Assembly (NCBI GenBank): GCA_965649765.1
Contig: OZ287754.1
Location: forward strand, 41,788,001 to 41,852,000
Length of the DNA: 64,000 bases
DNA from: Bispira polyomma
Lineage: Eukaryota
Direction of reading: 5' to 3'
Within the stretch, counting starts at the first letter, position 1. Every line of letters begins with the position of its first letter. Below are positions 1-12,844 of the stretch, piece after piece. The notes below the pieces were generated by a model that ran no database searches, was not told the DNA's origin, and saw only the letters and a program-made list of their open reading frames with translations. The translations under genes were made by a program, and so were the position numbers.

Positions 1-90
1 GACAACATAATTATATGTAATAGACAAAAATTTTGTATTTCACTAAATTACAAATACAACTTAATTTACACTTTACTTTAAACAAGACTA

Positions 91-424
91 AGTGTACGTC
101 TTTACAAGTACCATCTGCCGATTGTACCATTTGGCGATTGCGCGCACCATTTGTAATACATATTTGTGGTTTGTGTCTCTACAATGTGATATGGTACAGG
201 GATTACATGACTTTTAATTAATTTAATATTGTTTATGACACCACTTCTGTGGGATTTTTCTGTCCGATGCGAAAATTTCCGCTACAGGAGCAAAAACTTT
301 TATCGCAATCGAAATAGTAGTGAATGTGTGTGGAGACAGTTGTATATAACTTTTAAGGAGTAAACAATCGCCATTGCAAATCGTACATGGTTTGGCGAAA
401 ATGGTACTTTTGGAGAAGTACACT
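91..424. mobile_element. MITE with ~60 bp imperfect TIRs
   Basis: agtgtacgtctttacaagtaccat versus atggtacttttggagaagtacact, flanked by TA (or TAA/TTA). Confidence 0.65.
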
Positions 425-1421
425 TACAAACAGATATGTGTCTGTACATATGTTACCTTTCATTTAGTTTAATAATAAGTTTTGTCTTATTTTATAAACA
501 TCTTTTATGTGGTTCTCTAAGAAAATAGGAGTAATGGACACAAATTTAATTTTTTCAATACTGTCTAAATTCTGAAACTTTGGGTTTATATTATTAATTT
601 TTTTTGTAAAATGCTTGCCTAGGTACATAGTATTCTAAACAAAAATGTGCAATTCATCATCTATTTCATTTAGCTCACATATTTTATCTTTTTTTTTTAA
701 CGTTATAGTATCTGAATGCTAAGTCTAACTTGCGCTATCAAGGATCTTGGATTTATACTCATATTATCAGAAATATATTTTTCCACTCCATAGTAAATTT
801 ACTATAAAATATCCATTTAGGTTCTTGTACCAATTTTTTTTTGATAGACATCTTCAATAATTGTGATAAAAGACTTTTTTACTTACCCTTACTCACATAT
901 TTTTATATTCTTAAAGTTAGTAGAGATAAAGCAATCCATCATGATACTTTGAACATTAGTAACCTAATTATTTACTTTTTTCTTGTACTTTGTTTTGGGT
1001 AAGCCTATTCTCACTCACATCAATCAATCTATTCCATAATCTAATCATTGGACTATATGAGCAAATAAACCCTGTGTTTTGACCTTAACTGAGAGGCATA
1101 ATTATATTTATCAGCAGCAGCTATTATTTCCTTTCTGAAAATATTTTTTTGACTCTCCCTAATTTAGGTTTTTCCTATTGTTTTATATTAAAATGTCTCT
1201 TCTATCTTATGACCCTTCTATTAACCAAACAAAATCTTGCTCTCCTAACATGTTCAAATAACAGAGGTTCTGCTGTATATCACACCTACTGTTTAGAATT
1301 CATTATTGTGTATCATTGTAGCTCTGTAAAATAAATTAATGGGTTTTTTCCCATCTCTTTGCATGTAATGAGGTGAAAGGTGTTTAACTTAAACTGCCTA
1401 CTCTGACTCTGAGTCACCTAC

Positions 1422-1641
1422 CTGTCACAGTGAATAAACGACACGAGTTCTTCTTATTACACTGTCTTCCACGCAAAATATCAACTCCACCAGTCTCCCC
1501 AACCATCATACACTGAATATCCAGAGTTGCTACATCCTTTTGGTCTGTTATTTTGTATGTTATTGTCTCACAGTCCCGTATTTTACTGACAAGGAAGAGA
1601 ACTGCCAATATATAGGTTGTTTCTATTTGTTTAATAAACAT
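1422..1641 (-). CDS. Possible first exon of a further divergent or internally deleted family member (MFIKQ...LDIQC...QCNKKNSC)
   Basis: MF[IV]K start as in A and B, hydrophobic signal-like segment, CxxxxxC matching CNGRNSC of A, phase-1 donor ACAG|gtaggt; only 73 codons and 4 Cys. Confidence 0.35.
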
Positions 1642-1958
1642 GGCACAGCAATTATTTGATGTGTTAATTTCCCCTAGCAGACACCAACTAAAATATAAAG
1701 GCAGTAAAGGGAAACCTGCTAACAAACAATGAATGCAGATATAAATAATGTAAATATAAATATAATATATTTCACCTTCAGTTGCACCAAGAAGAAGTTA
1801 AGAGCTAACGAGAATATCATTAATAGTTTATGACCACCACAAAGATATTGTAGAGTCATTTTTTGTTTGCTACTTTTCTCATAAAGGCTAGCTAATTTAT
1901 AAGTCATAAGTCATAAAGTTATCAGTCAGCCATTTACTGTTCTTCTATGTGTCTATTA

Positions 1959-2497
1959 TGGCCTGGTCACACCTACACGTGCTAACGTACCAAAGCAATA
2001 TAGACTGAAAACTTGCTAGTTTTGTGTCAAAGTGACGTCATTTTCATAAAGGTGCAATGGATTGTGATGTTTTGTGGTGTTTCGTGACTATGTCTGTACT
2101 TATACACACAAAGCAGGGGCAAAAATCGAACACTTTACTAGTAGGATATCGTTACCTTCTACTGCGTAGATCTACTGTACTGCTACTTACTGGTGCATTC
2201 TGTTGCTTTCTGCTACTTAGTAAAATATTTCTCGACTTGAAACGATCTCACTACTTACTGCTATTTACGGTTACGTTATGCTATGTTATGCTACTTATAG
2301 AGACAAGTTGAGACATCCTCGAGAAACGGAAAGCTCTGTCACGATTATTTCAAACAGTTTGCAACAATCATGGCAGCGGACCAAATGGAGACACTTCCGG
2401 AACGATAATATCCGTTAAGCAACCTTCTACTACGTTTCAAAACAGTTCAAAATGGCACACACACGTAGCTCCAGCACTTGTAGGTGTGACCTGGCTT
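1959..2497. mobile_element. PIF/Harbinger-like MITE, first of a tandem pair
   Basis: ggcctggtcacacctacacgtgct...agcacttgtaggtgtgacctggc; TTA flanks. Confidence 0.75.
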
Positions 2498-2500
2498 TTA

Positions 2501-3023
2501 TAACCCAGTCACACCTACAAGTGCTAGCGTCCCCTAACGTTACAAAGCCATATAAACTGAAAACATGGAGTTTTGTATCAAAGTGACGTCAGATTCATAA
2601 AGGTACAGTCCATTGTGACATTTTGTGACGATGTTGGTGACGTTTTGTGACGATGTTCGTACTTTTACACATGGAGTGGGAGAAAAAATGACGACTTTGC
2701 TGGTAGGATATCACTGCCTACTACTATGTAGCGCTACTTACGGCTAATTACTGCTACATTTTGCAACTTATACAGACGAGTGGAGAAGTCCTCAAGAAAC
2801 GGAGAGCTCCGTCACAAATTTTTCAAACAGTTTGACATAATCGTTGCAGCCAACCAAACGGCGATGTTTCTGGAATGATATTATCTGTTAACCAATGTCA
2901 CGGAATGAACGCACCAGGGATCCTCACTTTTGCATTACCTTCTACTATGTTTGTACTAGGTTTCTAAACAATTGAAAACGTCACACACACGTACCTCCAG
3001 CACGTGTAGGTGTGACTGGGCTA
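2501..3023. mobile_element. PIF/Harbinger-like MITE, second of the tandem pair
   Basis: cccagtcacacctacaagtgct...agcacgtgtaggtgtgactggg; TTA flanks; colinear with the first copy. Confidence 0.75.
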
Positions 3024-3973
3024 TTAGGGGCCTTGGTGGTGTATGTTATAACATCCTTGCCTTCCAACCTAACATTGAAACATAGACAGATTCCATGTTG
3101 TTCATAAGGTTAGCTGATGCAAAGCAAGATGCAAAGACGTGGATCGGTGTCAACTTAAAATATTACTAAAGAACATCAGTAAGAGAGAAAAGAAATTTAC
3201 CATTAGTTAGTAGCCAAGTCAGATAAATAATTTGTCTCGGTGGTGTAATGTTAACGCCTCCCACCTCCTGTACTATTGGGTTTGAATCTCAGCCCTGGCG
3301 TGTATGTGGATAAGTTGGCATTATACTTGCTGAAGATCAGTGGTTTGCAGAGCTAAAAACCTTTACCAAATACCTTGCTTTAATTTCCTCGAGTAGTACA
3401 CTGCTCATCTTGATATGACACGTGATGTATTGTAAGCCATGAAAAATCCAAACTAATTTATATATCTGTTGAACGCAAAGGCAGCAGGCTATTTATACCT
3501 TTGTACCTCCGCTGAGGAGGTTATCTTTTCAACCCTGTCTATATGTTTGTTTTCTGGCTTGTTTGTTTGGTGATTTGTTTATTAACATGATTTCTCAGAA
3601 ACTGATTATTAAAACACTTTATGGAGGAATTAGCCTGATGAGTGAGTACTGAGTGAAGATTTATAAAACTGCTTAAGTCTGCAACAAAAGCAAAATTTAG
3701 GCTGTTGTTGTAGACTGTTGTTTTGGCAACCACTTTTTTATATTTGAAGTTCTATTTTGCCTTGATCATGCTTTGATTACACCACCCAAGGCTATTCCTG
3801 AGAGGAAAGTTAGGATTTGCAGAATTGTAGAAATGTGGTGATCAAGATGTACAGATACCAAGAGTTGATCTCTGTTTCACCATGAACAATATGACCAATC
3901 TATACTTGTGATATACCTAAAAACATCCTATCTGTTCAACTTCTTGGAAACAAAGTTATTAAAGGGTATGTAA

Positions 3974-4744
3974 TGCTCCAGTCACGCAGAGGTTAAGACC
4001 TTTTAAAGATCTCCGGGGACCTAAAAATCATAGCTCTTTAATCCTGGCCATGACTAAAATATCAGCAGGTAATCTTTAATACACGTGAGTAGTTGCAGAG
4101 CAGTTTCAGAGTAGTTGCCGAAGTGCCATAACCAGTGGCAGATCACCAACTTCCAACACAAACAATAGCTTCTTTTTACACTGCTCGGACATCGATCAAC
4201 CGAAGATTATTGAAACTTAGATTCTGAGGAAGAAGCTAGATTACAAGAAAAAAATGTACATTTGGTCATATATTCAGTACAAACAGGACAATTGATTTAC
4301 ATTGGTTCATGAATTAACAATAACAGATAACAATAACACACGGAAACACATTCACCTAATCATAAGAATTATAACTACATTGGCCAGAGCCCTCCAGGAA
4401 ATACAGTGGGGGTATATACTCCACTGTGTGCTATTTATCTTCAATGATCTTCAATGATCTCTAAAGATGATTTAACGTATGATGGTCTGCAACCAGTCTT
4501 TGGTTATCTCACACAATCTTACACAATTGCAAGACCTCCGTAAGACCTTTATATGACCAATCCTCAGAAATCTGAATTGGTTGTCCATATTTGCTGACTG
4601 GTCTTTCGATAATCGGCGACCAAATTACTGTGTGACTACTAAGAATTAGTAAGACCTTAGTCCTTCATACATTCTTCATTATCTCAGCTATAATTAGGTT
4701 GTAGGTGGTCTTTAAAAGGGCTTAACCTTTGTGTGGCTGAGGCT
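3974..4744. mobile_element. Harbinger-like MITE; an interrupted paralogous copy lies at ~12500-15703
   Basis: gctccagtcacgcagaggttaag...cttaacctttgtgtggctgaggc TIRs; TAA/TTA flanks. Confidence 0.65.
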
Positions 4745-5780
4745 TTAGGAATATCGTAAAAATGTATGGCCTTAAACAAACTTGCCCAGGAAGTAGTATT
4801 AAGTAGACGTTTATATTAGTGCAGATTTTCATTTAGGGATGTATATATAGTATGCCACAAGCTAACTCCTGTCTGAGGACTAGGTTCAAATTACATAACT
4901 CAAAACAATTCATACAAAGCTAACATAGTTTTGGATCTCTAAAAAACTATACTACATAATATACAATTGAAATAAATACAAAATAATAACAAGCTAACTG
5001 TGTTAATATAATTGGCTATCAAGAACAATAAACAGCATAGATGCCTTTCTCCAGGTGAAAATGTATTTCAGACCATGTAGGGGGCCTCTTCCCAGGTAGA
5101 GCATCTGGCCTCTTCAATAACCTTAACCTAAATTTGTCATAATAAAAGGTCTGCATTTTTTTCACAGAATTCAAACGGGAAGCATTAACTAAAAACAATG
5201 AATGGAGTTGATTTTAGTCATTTTTAATATGTATTTAACATACTGTTTCTTGGTTTGTATCACTTGCTTGTTTTTAAGAATATTATAGAGAGCAGTTGAC
5301 AGTATGGGAGGATGAAAACCTGTTTTGAGCTTGTCAGACCACAGATAAAGATCCCATGGGGAAGAGGTGTCCATTCAAGAAGAATGCAGCAGGGGGCAAT
5401 ACACCACTGGCTAAGTCTATTACTGGGAACAGCACTATATGAGACACAACAAATATTAAGGCTAGGACTTTTTAAGTTGACAAAGTATTACAATAACAAA
5501 GTAACAAGCCCGACTGATGGCAGATGCCAAGTTGGAAATGACAGTAATAGTAAAAGTACAGCTGATAAAGAGTAACATAAGAGACAATTTGTTGATAATG
5601 GAATTACAATGTATGTAACATCGGTTCATTCAGCTGGTGGAAGAAGCAGTAGAAGACAGAAAAACAATGCACAAACGTTATCGACAAACTTTAATCTCAA
5701 TATCAGATACTTTTTGTGCATGCAAGGAGTTGTGATCTATCATTTATGAAATGCCTGAGGATATTATGATCTTTTGTTTC

Positions 5781-8700
5781 CTACACTTCTTCTCTCTGCC
5801 TCCCCTCCAATGCAAAATGTCCATATGTGTAAACATAATGCCCTCTTTCTCCTAAATTTCTTGCACTGGGTGACCTGTTCTCTGTAAGGTTCACATTGTT
5901 TCCATCATCAAATCCATCATAGTACGGATTATCAACTAGGCTTCCATCCATGCCTGCCAAGTCACCAACATCAAGAGCATCATGAATCCTTGTTGTACCA
6001 TCCTTTATAGGCTCAGCATGTTCTCCACCCTCATTGTTCATATCACCTACCAACTTCATGCCTTCTTCGCTCTTCTTATTACTATCTGGTGATGGTCTGT
6101 ATTGATCATTTTCTACCATTGCTATTCTATTGTCAAAGCTTTTAACATTTTTGGTATTTGGATGATCCGAGTCAAGGTATGATTTACTTGATGGATTTTT
6201 TTGTGCATCATCATCACTTGAAACACGAGCACTCAAATGAGACATTGGCAATGGTTCATCATCAGGTAACATAAATTTGTCTTCACCTCTGACAGTTGAT
6301 AAGCAACATCTGTCAAAACAACAATCATATGTTGTTTAGGTGTACAGATGTATTGAACTTGTATATGCATAATAAAAATGTTGGTAAAAAAATAGTTATA
6401 TACATGAATCATATTTTTGCAAAGAAAGATGAAAGACAAATATAAATAAATAAGACCTAAATTTTTGTCATAGCAAATTCCTCATATTTTTAAACATGGA
6501 TGGTTATTTTGCTTTTTAGACAAGAGCTCACCAATTATAGTCCTGAAGAAACATAAGAAAGTCTACAAACTTACCTGAAGTAGAGCACTGTGCCTATAAT
6601 ACCAACCATTAGACTTATTGGGACAGCAACTGCCAAACCAACAACAGCTACATCAACAAAATAGAATACAATATGAAACTACAGGCAGTCAAAAAGTTTG
6701 CCAGTACATAAATGTATTTTTCACTCATAGATGGCTCCATGTACTTCCAGGTGAGTGAACAAGGTCCTTAATTCATAGAGGGATATGAAGTTAAAATTAA
6801 AATGCCCTCATTGAAGGACCTTGCACAAGGTCTATCCGCTAGCCTTCAGCCCAGTCCTGATAGAGAAACCAAAACATTGTTTTACTGTAAAGGTTACAAC
6901 TCCAGTATCAAGGTCGAGGTAATATTTATGGTGAAATATAAATTTGCCCTGGAAAGTGATGGGCCATGTCAACGGGTAAAAGTGACTAATATTAAGAATT
7001 CTGCCTTTTTTTACTTGTTTTCAAAAAGGACAGGAAAAAAGTATACCCTGAAATATTACAATCATACCATACACATTTAACTTCCCAGAAGCTGCTCTCT
7101 CTCTCTCTCTCTCTCTGTTATTTTTCTAACAAATAAGTAACACACAGAAGTGTATATTGTAGGAACTTTCCAACCAACTGGGGATATTTCTCTACTTTTG
7201 AGTTGCCACATTTACACAAACTGGTCTTGCTGCAGTCTCCCATAAGTTTAAATCAATTCATTATATGAAGGATGTTGCACATCCAACTATCCATAAATAC
7301 TTCAAACAGGTTATCTTGTACTATTTAAACAAGAAACTTGACAACTTTGAGATACTATCTAGTCAACTAAATTTTTGGCAATACAGAAAGGAGGCTATAC
7401 AATAGAAAAGTATTTGGGCCACATTATTGAAATAATAACTTAATTTAGTGAGATAGTATGTTGATTAATTGAGATATTATCTCAATAGATATTTTGTGGA
7501 TGACCCTAATACTTTTCCATAACGCAACAGTATCCAATATATTTTTTTGTTCACTGAGGAAAGACAATATTTTATGAGGCATAGACAAAAAGAGCAATAC
7601 TGACCTACTAGCAAAAAAATCTTTCTGTGACCAACCAGGTTGAAAAGTTTTTTTAGCTTTACACTAGTATTGTGCCTGGAAATGGTATTATGATAGATTG
7701 ATTGATTATGTGTTTAACATTGCTGTCAAGACATTGTATAGGTCATATATCACAACGGGCACTTTTATTGGTGGGGAAAGCAGTGCATACTAGTTAACTA
7801 GTTAGTCAGGATTCTGCACTGTAAAACACCGAGCACTGGCAAGTAAGTCCCAACTTCCCCATATAAAGCCTCTGCCAAGATTCAAACCTATGACCTCATA
7901 GGTGGGAGGCGAGTGTGTTAACTACTATGCCACTGAGTCTCCTATTTTAATATATTGTGACATTTACTATATGTTTTACCTTATTTTGGACCATATCTCA
8001 GTAACACATTTGTAAAAAATAAAGGCAACTTTTAAATTGAAATGAGCTTTTGCCCATGCACAAATATTTGCACAGTAAAAATTGAAAACAGTGAATGAAA
8101 TCCACAAATTGTAAATATGATTTAAAATAGAGCCGTATTTAATTCATGCGATGTATAGATGGCATCCATTGCTTCTTTTCTGCTTCTGTTGCTGACAAAT
8201 ATCTTATAGACTCTCTCACTTTTTTTCTAGATTATTTAGAAGTAAGTGATATTCAAAGATGTTACTGTAAAAATAATACACAATATATATTGCTTTTTGA
8301 AAAAATTTCTATTGCAAGTTACTTTTCTTCAAATATTGCGATATATTGATTTTTCAAAATATCATTATACCCTTACTTTACAGCATACAGTAAACAAAAA
8401 TCAGATTACCGTCTTCGCCATTTGCTGTATTGCATACATATTGTATTTTCACAGTTCTACTCCAGCAACTAATACTATTGCAGGAAGTACGGCATGACCC
8501 CATATATTTGGTGGGTAATGTAATCGTACAACTGTTTCTGCCATTGCATGTAGAGTTGGCAGTTGAAAGAGTCTCTTTTGTCTCACGGATGGCACACAAA
8601 GACTCTTCTTTGAAACTGCAGCATTCTGGTTTGTCGTCGACACAGCTGGAATCTCCAGTTTCTGTGGGTCTTATGTACACTATTTCATCTATGTAATCTA

Positions 8701-8887
8701 TCAGTGCATTGTTGGTGCCACAAGCTAGAGTAATGTGTATATCTAAAGGCTTTTTAGAGTTGTCATAATCTTTAAAACACTCCTCTTGTATGTTCAAAGA
8801 AAGGCAGCTTGCTGTGACATTGTTGTAACTGCAATATATACAGCACAACATACAAAATATTATTATCCTTGTCATTTTGACAAACAT
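5781..8887 (-). CDS. Receptor paralog A: signal peptide, SUEL-like 12-Cys domain, TM, NPxY/Tyr-rich tail; exons 8887-8410, 6647-6575, 6309-5781 (~359 aa)
   Basis: GT/AG junctions in phases 1 and 2; total 1080 nt, in frame; TM AVVGLAVAVPISLMVGIIGTVLYF; tail has DNPYY and GHYVYTYGHFALEGR; close paralog of B. The TM acceptor is inferred to be shifted by 9 nt. Confidence 0.72.
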
Positions 8888-9849
8888 TGTAGTATTATTA
8901 TCGCATATTCACACCAACAGTACAGCTCAAACAGTCTTATATATATAATATTGATGAATATTGAAAATATGAAATAATAATGACAAACCCAGTTCCCACA
9001 CTACACAGTTTACATATCAAACTCGCACGTATCAAAATGACAAAACAGCGACCACATAACTATAACATCTTTTAAAAGACTGAAAAAAGCCGAAAATTGG
9101 CTTATTATCTGTTTGGTTTCAGTAATTTTCAGAGCCATTTTATACAGTGAGAAGGATAGGGTCTAGCCTTTCGTAGTGTTCAAAACAAAATTTAGATAGT
9201 TTATGTGATATACTACTTCCTACATTTAGATAGTCTATGTGATATACTACTTCCTACATTTTCTTCATATATAGGTTATAACTATTGCGTATATATTTAG
9301 ACACAAAATATCTATCACAGTTTGTCAAAAATATCTTAATACATGAACGAAATTATCACTGTAACAACAATGCAGTTTTATAATAACTACTAACAAATAT
9401 GACATATATTATGTATAGGTCAGGGTACATATTAGGGTTCCCTCTTAGAAAATAGAGTACAGTTATAGAAGTACCTTAACCTACTTATGTTAAACTCCAA
9501 CAGCGATACTTATATATATATATATATATATATAAGTATAGCTGTTTATTTCTTTCATTTAAGAAAATTTATGTCATTAAATATTGATTCATGAACTTTC
9601 TGTGTTTTTATATTACACAGAAATATTGTCAATGAGTGGCCGCCATTTCTTTGTCGATCTACCACGCAAATGTAGAAGTGATAACAACTAAGATAACTAC
9701 ATGTATATATATATATATATATATTGCATTTTTATGGTTATTTTTAATGAAAGGAACTGGTGCACAGTCTTTAACAGTACTGGACACCTTTTTTTCAAGG
9801 GTAAAAATCAACTAATTTGAATTTGTGTGTATAATTCATTACTTTGGTT

Positions 9850-11127
9850 CCCTTTGTCTCAAGTCTAAGGCTCAAAATGTCCATAAGTGTAAACATAATG
9901 CCCTCCTCTAGTGTCATCTACAGCCATTTTATAAGCAACACAAGTTGAGATTTCCTTTATTTTCTCACCGCCACCACTAGCGCATTCTGTATTCCGTTAT
10001 ATTTTCATTATTGCATCAACTTCTTTACCTTCGTAATATGGATTCTCTTCCAGTTTTATATGTTCATGGTAATCACATCTAATTTTGACAGTTGGCCATA
10101 GCATGAGTATTGTTAATTCCCAACCATGCCATTTGTTGCTTTGACAACTGCATTAGAGTTCTGCCTTTCAGAATGTGCCGCATCATGTCTTCTAACTTAT
10201 TTCATGCTTTTCAGGGAAATTTGAGACAGATAAAGAGCCCTCCAGTGTTTTCGTATTGGAGCTTAATCATTGGTCCACAGTATTTTTAAAAAGAAAATGA
10301 ATCATTATTTCCCCAAAAAGATAATAGTGTGACACATATATTGTTAGTTAAAGATATGTCAGCCAACAAATTAACATAAACCCCTTGACGACTTTGTCCA
10401 TCGCTAGCAGTCAATGGATAAGTTTATTCGCCAGTGCCATATGTCTGTCGGACATCAGTTGACAGTATAAAATATAACCATATAGCCATAGGAATAAAAT
10501 TCATTTGGGTACACTGTATTTGACGTTAAGAAAATTTGTGTCATTAATGATGTAAATAGTTGTTGCAAAAACGTCACCAAAGTGTAGCATTTTTCCTTGG
10601 TATTGTTGAATTGCTCTCCATCGGAGTTGAAGGGGCCAAGAACATTATAGCATTTGTTATTGAAGCCAGTACTTTTGTGTAGATCATTGTATTTCCTGAA
10701 TACATGGTGGCCCTCTGTCATTGGGTCTTATCCCTTGTGACAGGCAAAAGAGCCTCGACAGTTACCGGTGTTGGTATGCTCTACCTGGGTAGTCACAAAA
10801 AGGATAATTAGTGATTTGAATATCAGATTATAGGTTAATAAATGTGATGATTATAAATTTGAATTTAATAACATACATCTACTAATTGTATGTTGGTGAC
10901 TGACACAAATTTTAGTGTAGATTGCATCTTGCTGGCTTAAAAAATGAGAAAAAGAATTTTGCTGATTTTTTTCTGATTTATTCGTTTAGTAGTTGGTATA
11001 TAACAATGACAAGCTATCGACCATATATTAGGTAAGTATACTTTTACTCACCTCATCAATACCAAAGTACAAATTATTCCAGTCAACAAGCTCACTGGTA
11101 TCATTACAATTAAAGAAGCAGTTAACT
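9850..11127 (-). pseudogene. Receptor pseudogene C: 3' part of a D-type gene (TM exon 11127-11052 plus decayed tail exon ~10283-9850)
   Basis: TM exon intact and very similar to D; tail acceptor AG changed to AA; frameshifting deletion near the exon start; ends GHYVYTYGHFEP*; no ectodomain exon found upstream. Confidence 0.75.
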
Positions 11128-11497
11128 CTAAAATGAAATGAATAGTAAAACATGTCTTTTGACAGCAACATCATGGAAATTGAGGGGAAATTAATAATTT
11201 AATGATGGCTGTCTGATTACTGGGATACTATTCAATATAACAGTAAACCCCTAAGCATTGAACTACAATAGATAGCATGGCTTCCTTGACAAAACGTAAC
11301 CATTAAAATAGGAATCACAAATAAATCAGCTGGTCATGTGCACACAATCTATTTAATAAATTAATCAATCTTACGAACATGCCTGCTTGCCAATCATAAT
11401 AAGGGTATTAATAATCCCTACACCACAAAATAGAGGATTACATTTTCAGTTAATATAGGCTTAGATAGCTTGTAATTTGTGTTTCATACTTTGCTAA

Positions 11498-12054
11498 TGG
11501 CCTGGTCACACCTACACGTGTTATCATCCTGAAACGTGGCTACCGAAAACGTAGTTATTCTTGAAGTTATAACGTTTCCATACATAACTGTTACTAATGT
11601 TTGTGACTTTTCAGTGACGTTTTGATGACAAATCTGCCACAGATAAACAAAAACTTTATCACTTGATGACTACGTACTACTAGGAACAGCCTCTTACTAC
11701 TACTCACTGCTACGTTGTGTTACTTACTGCAACATTGTGTTTTTGTTTTGTTTTTTCTGCTATGTTGTGCTACGTCTGTGCTATGCTATGCTTTCGGAAA
11801 CGTTCCGGGACGAACATAGAGGAATGTAGCCTTCGTGGAGAAATGGGAGCTGTGACACGATTGTATCAAACACTTTGAAACAATCGTTGCAAGAGACAAA
11901 ACGGAGATGTTGCCGGAACGGTATCATCCATCGCATAACGTAACGAGACGATCACAGAAGGGATCCCCATTTTCTACTATGTTTCAAAAGGTTTCCACAA
12001 TTAACAAAACGTGACACAAACGTAACTCTAGGATGGAAAGGTGTGACCAGGACA
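11498..12054. mobile_element. PIF/Harbinger-like MITE, same family
   Basis: tggcctggtcacacct...aggtgtgaccaggaca; TAA/TTA flanks. Confidence 0.72.
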
Positions 12055-12844
12055 TTACGCTTGATTATTTTTTTTAAACAGAAATATACTAATTTTATAT
12101 TTTTGGCATGGATTTATAGCTTGGGGTTGCAAGACAGAAATTTTTTTGTAGACCAGAACCCATATTTTAACATAAATTTTTTCTTGAGGTATTTCTTCCA
12201 CTTTGGGCAGAAGACATGGAAGATTTGTATTTCTTCCGGACCGAAAGAAACCTATTTCTTCTGGATGGAAAGTTCCACCTCGAAAGAAATGGCTAACCCT
12301 GTACGTTATCCATCTACATTTTAATACAGTATAAGATGGCCGATTTGAGGAGGTATGTTTGCAACCAAAGCAAAATTTGCCTGGGGCCTAAAATCATAGA
12401 GGTCTCAAATAATCCTTAATATTCATAGAAAACTCCTTGAAAGTTTTTTAAAGGGATTTAATGTTTGTGGGTGGTTTTTGATAGGACTTGCGACCTTTTC
12501 GATTATGGTAAGGATTTGCTGTTGACGAGTAATCCTTGTAACGACTCAAATATTGGCAGGTAGTCTTTAATATACCCGACTAGTTGCCAAAGTGTCATAG
12601 CCCGTGGCAGACCACCAACTTCAACACTGCTTAGACATCGATCCGCAACCAGTGGGCGATTAGTGACAATAAATACTCACACAAAGTATAACCAGTAACC
12701 AACTTCCAACACAAACAATACCTTCTTCTTAGATTGCTTGGGCATCAATTCACACCCAATAGGCGATTAGTGAAGCATATTCTAAGAAAGAAGTTGGATT
12801 ACAATGGAAAAAACTTATACATTTGGTCATTTATTTAGTACAAA

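Noticed and set aside
7130-7330. Cys-containing minus-strand frame (MGDCSKTSLCKCG) in an intron block shared by A and B
   Set aside because: Frame not preserved in B and no compatible splice sites
8378-8409. Secreted isoforms by read-through of exon 1 donors
   Set aside because: Short read-through to a stop is expected in any AT-rich intron; no conserved support across paralogs
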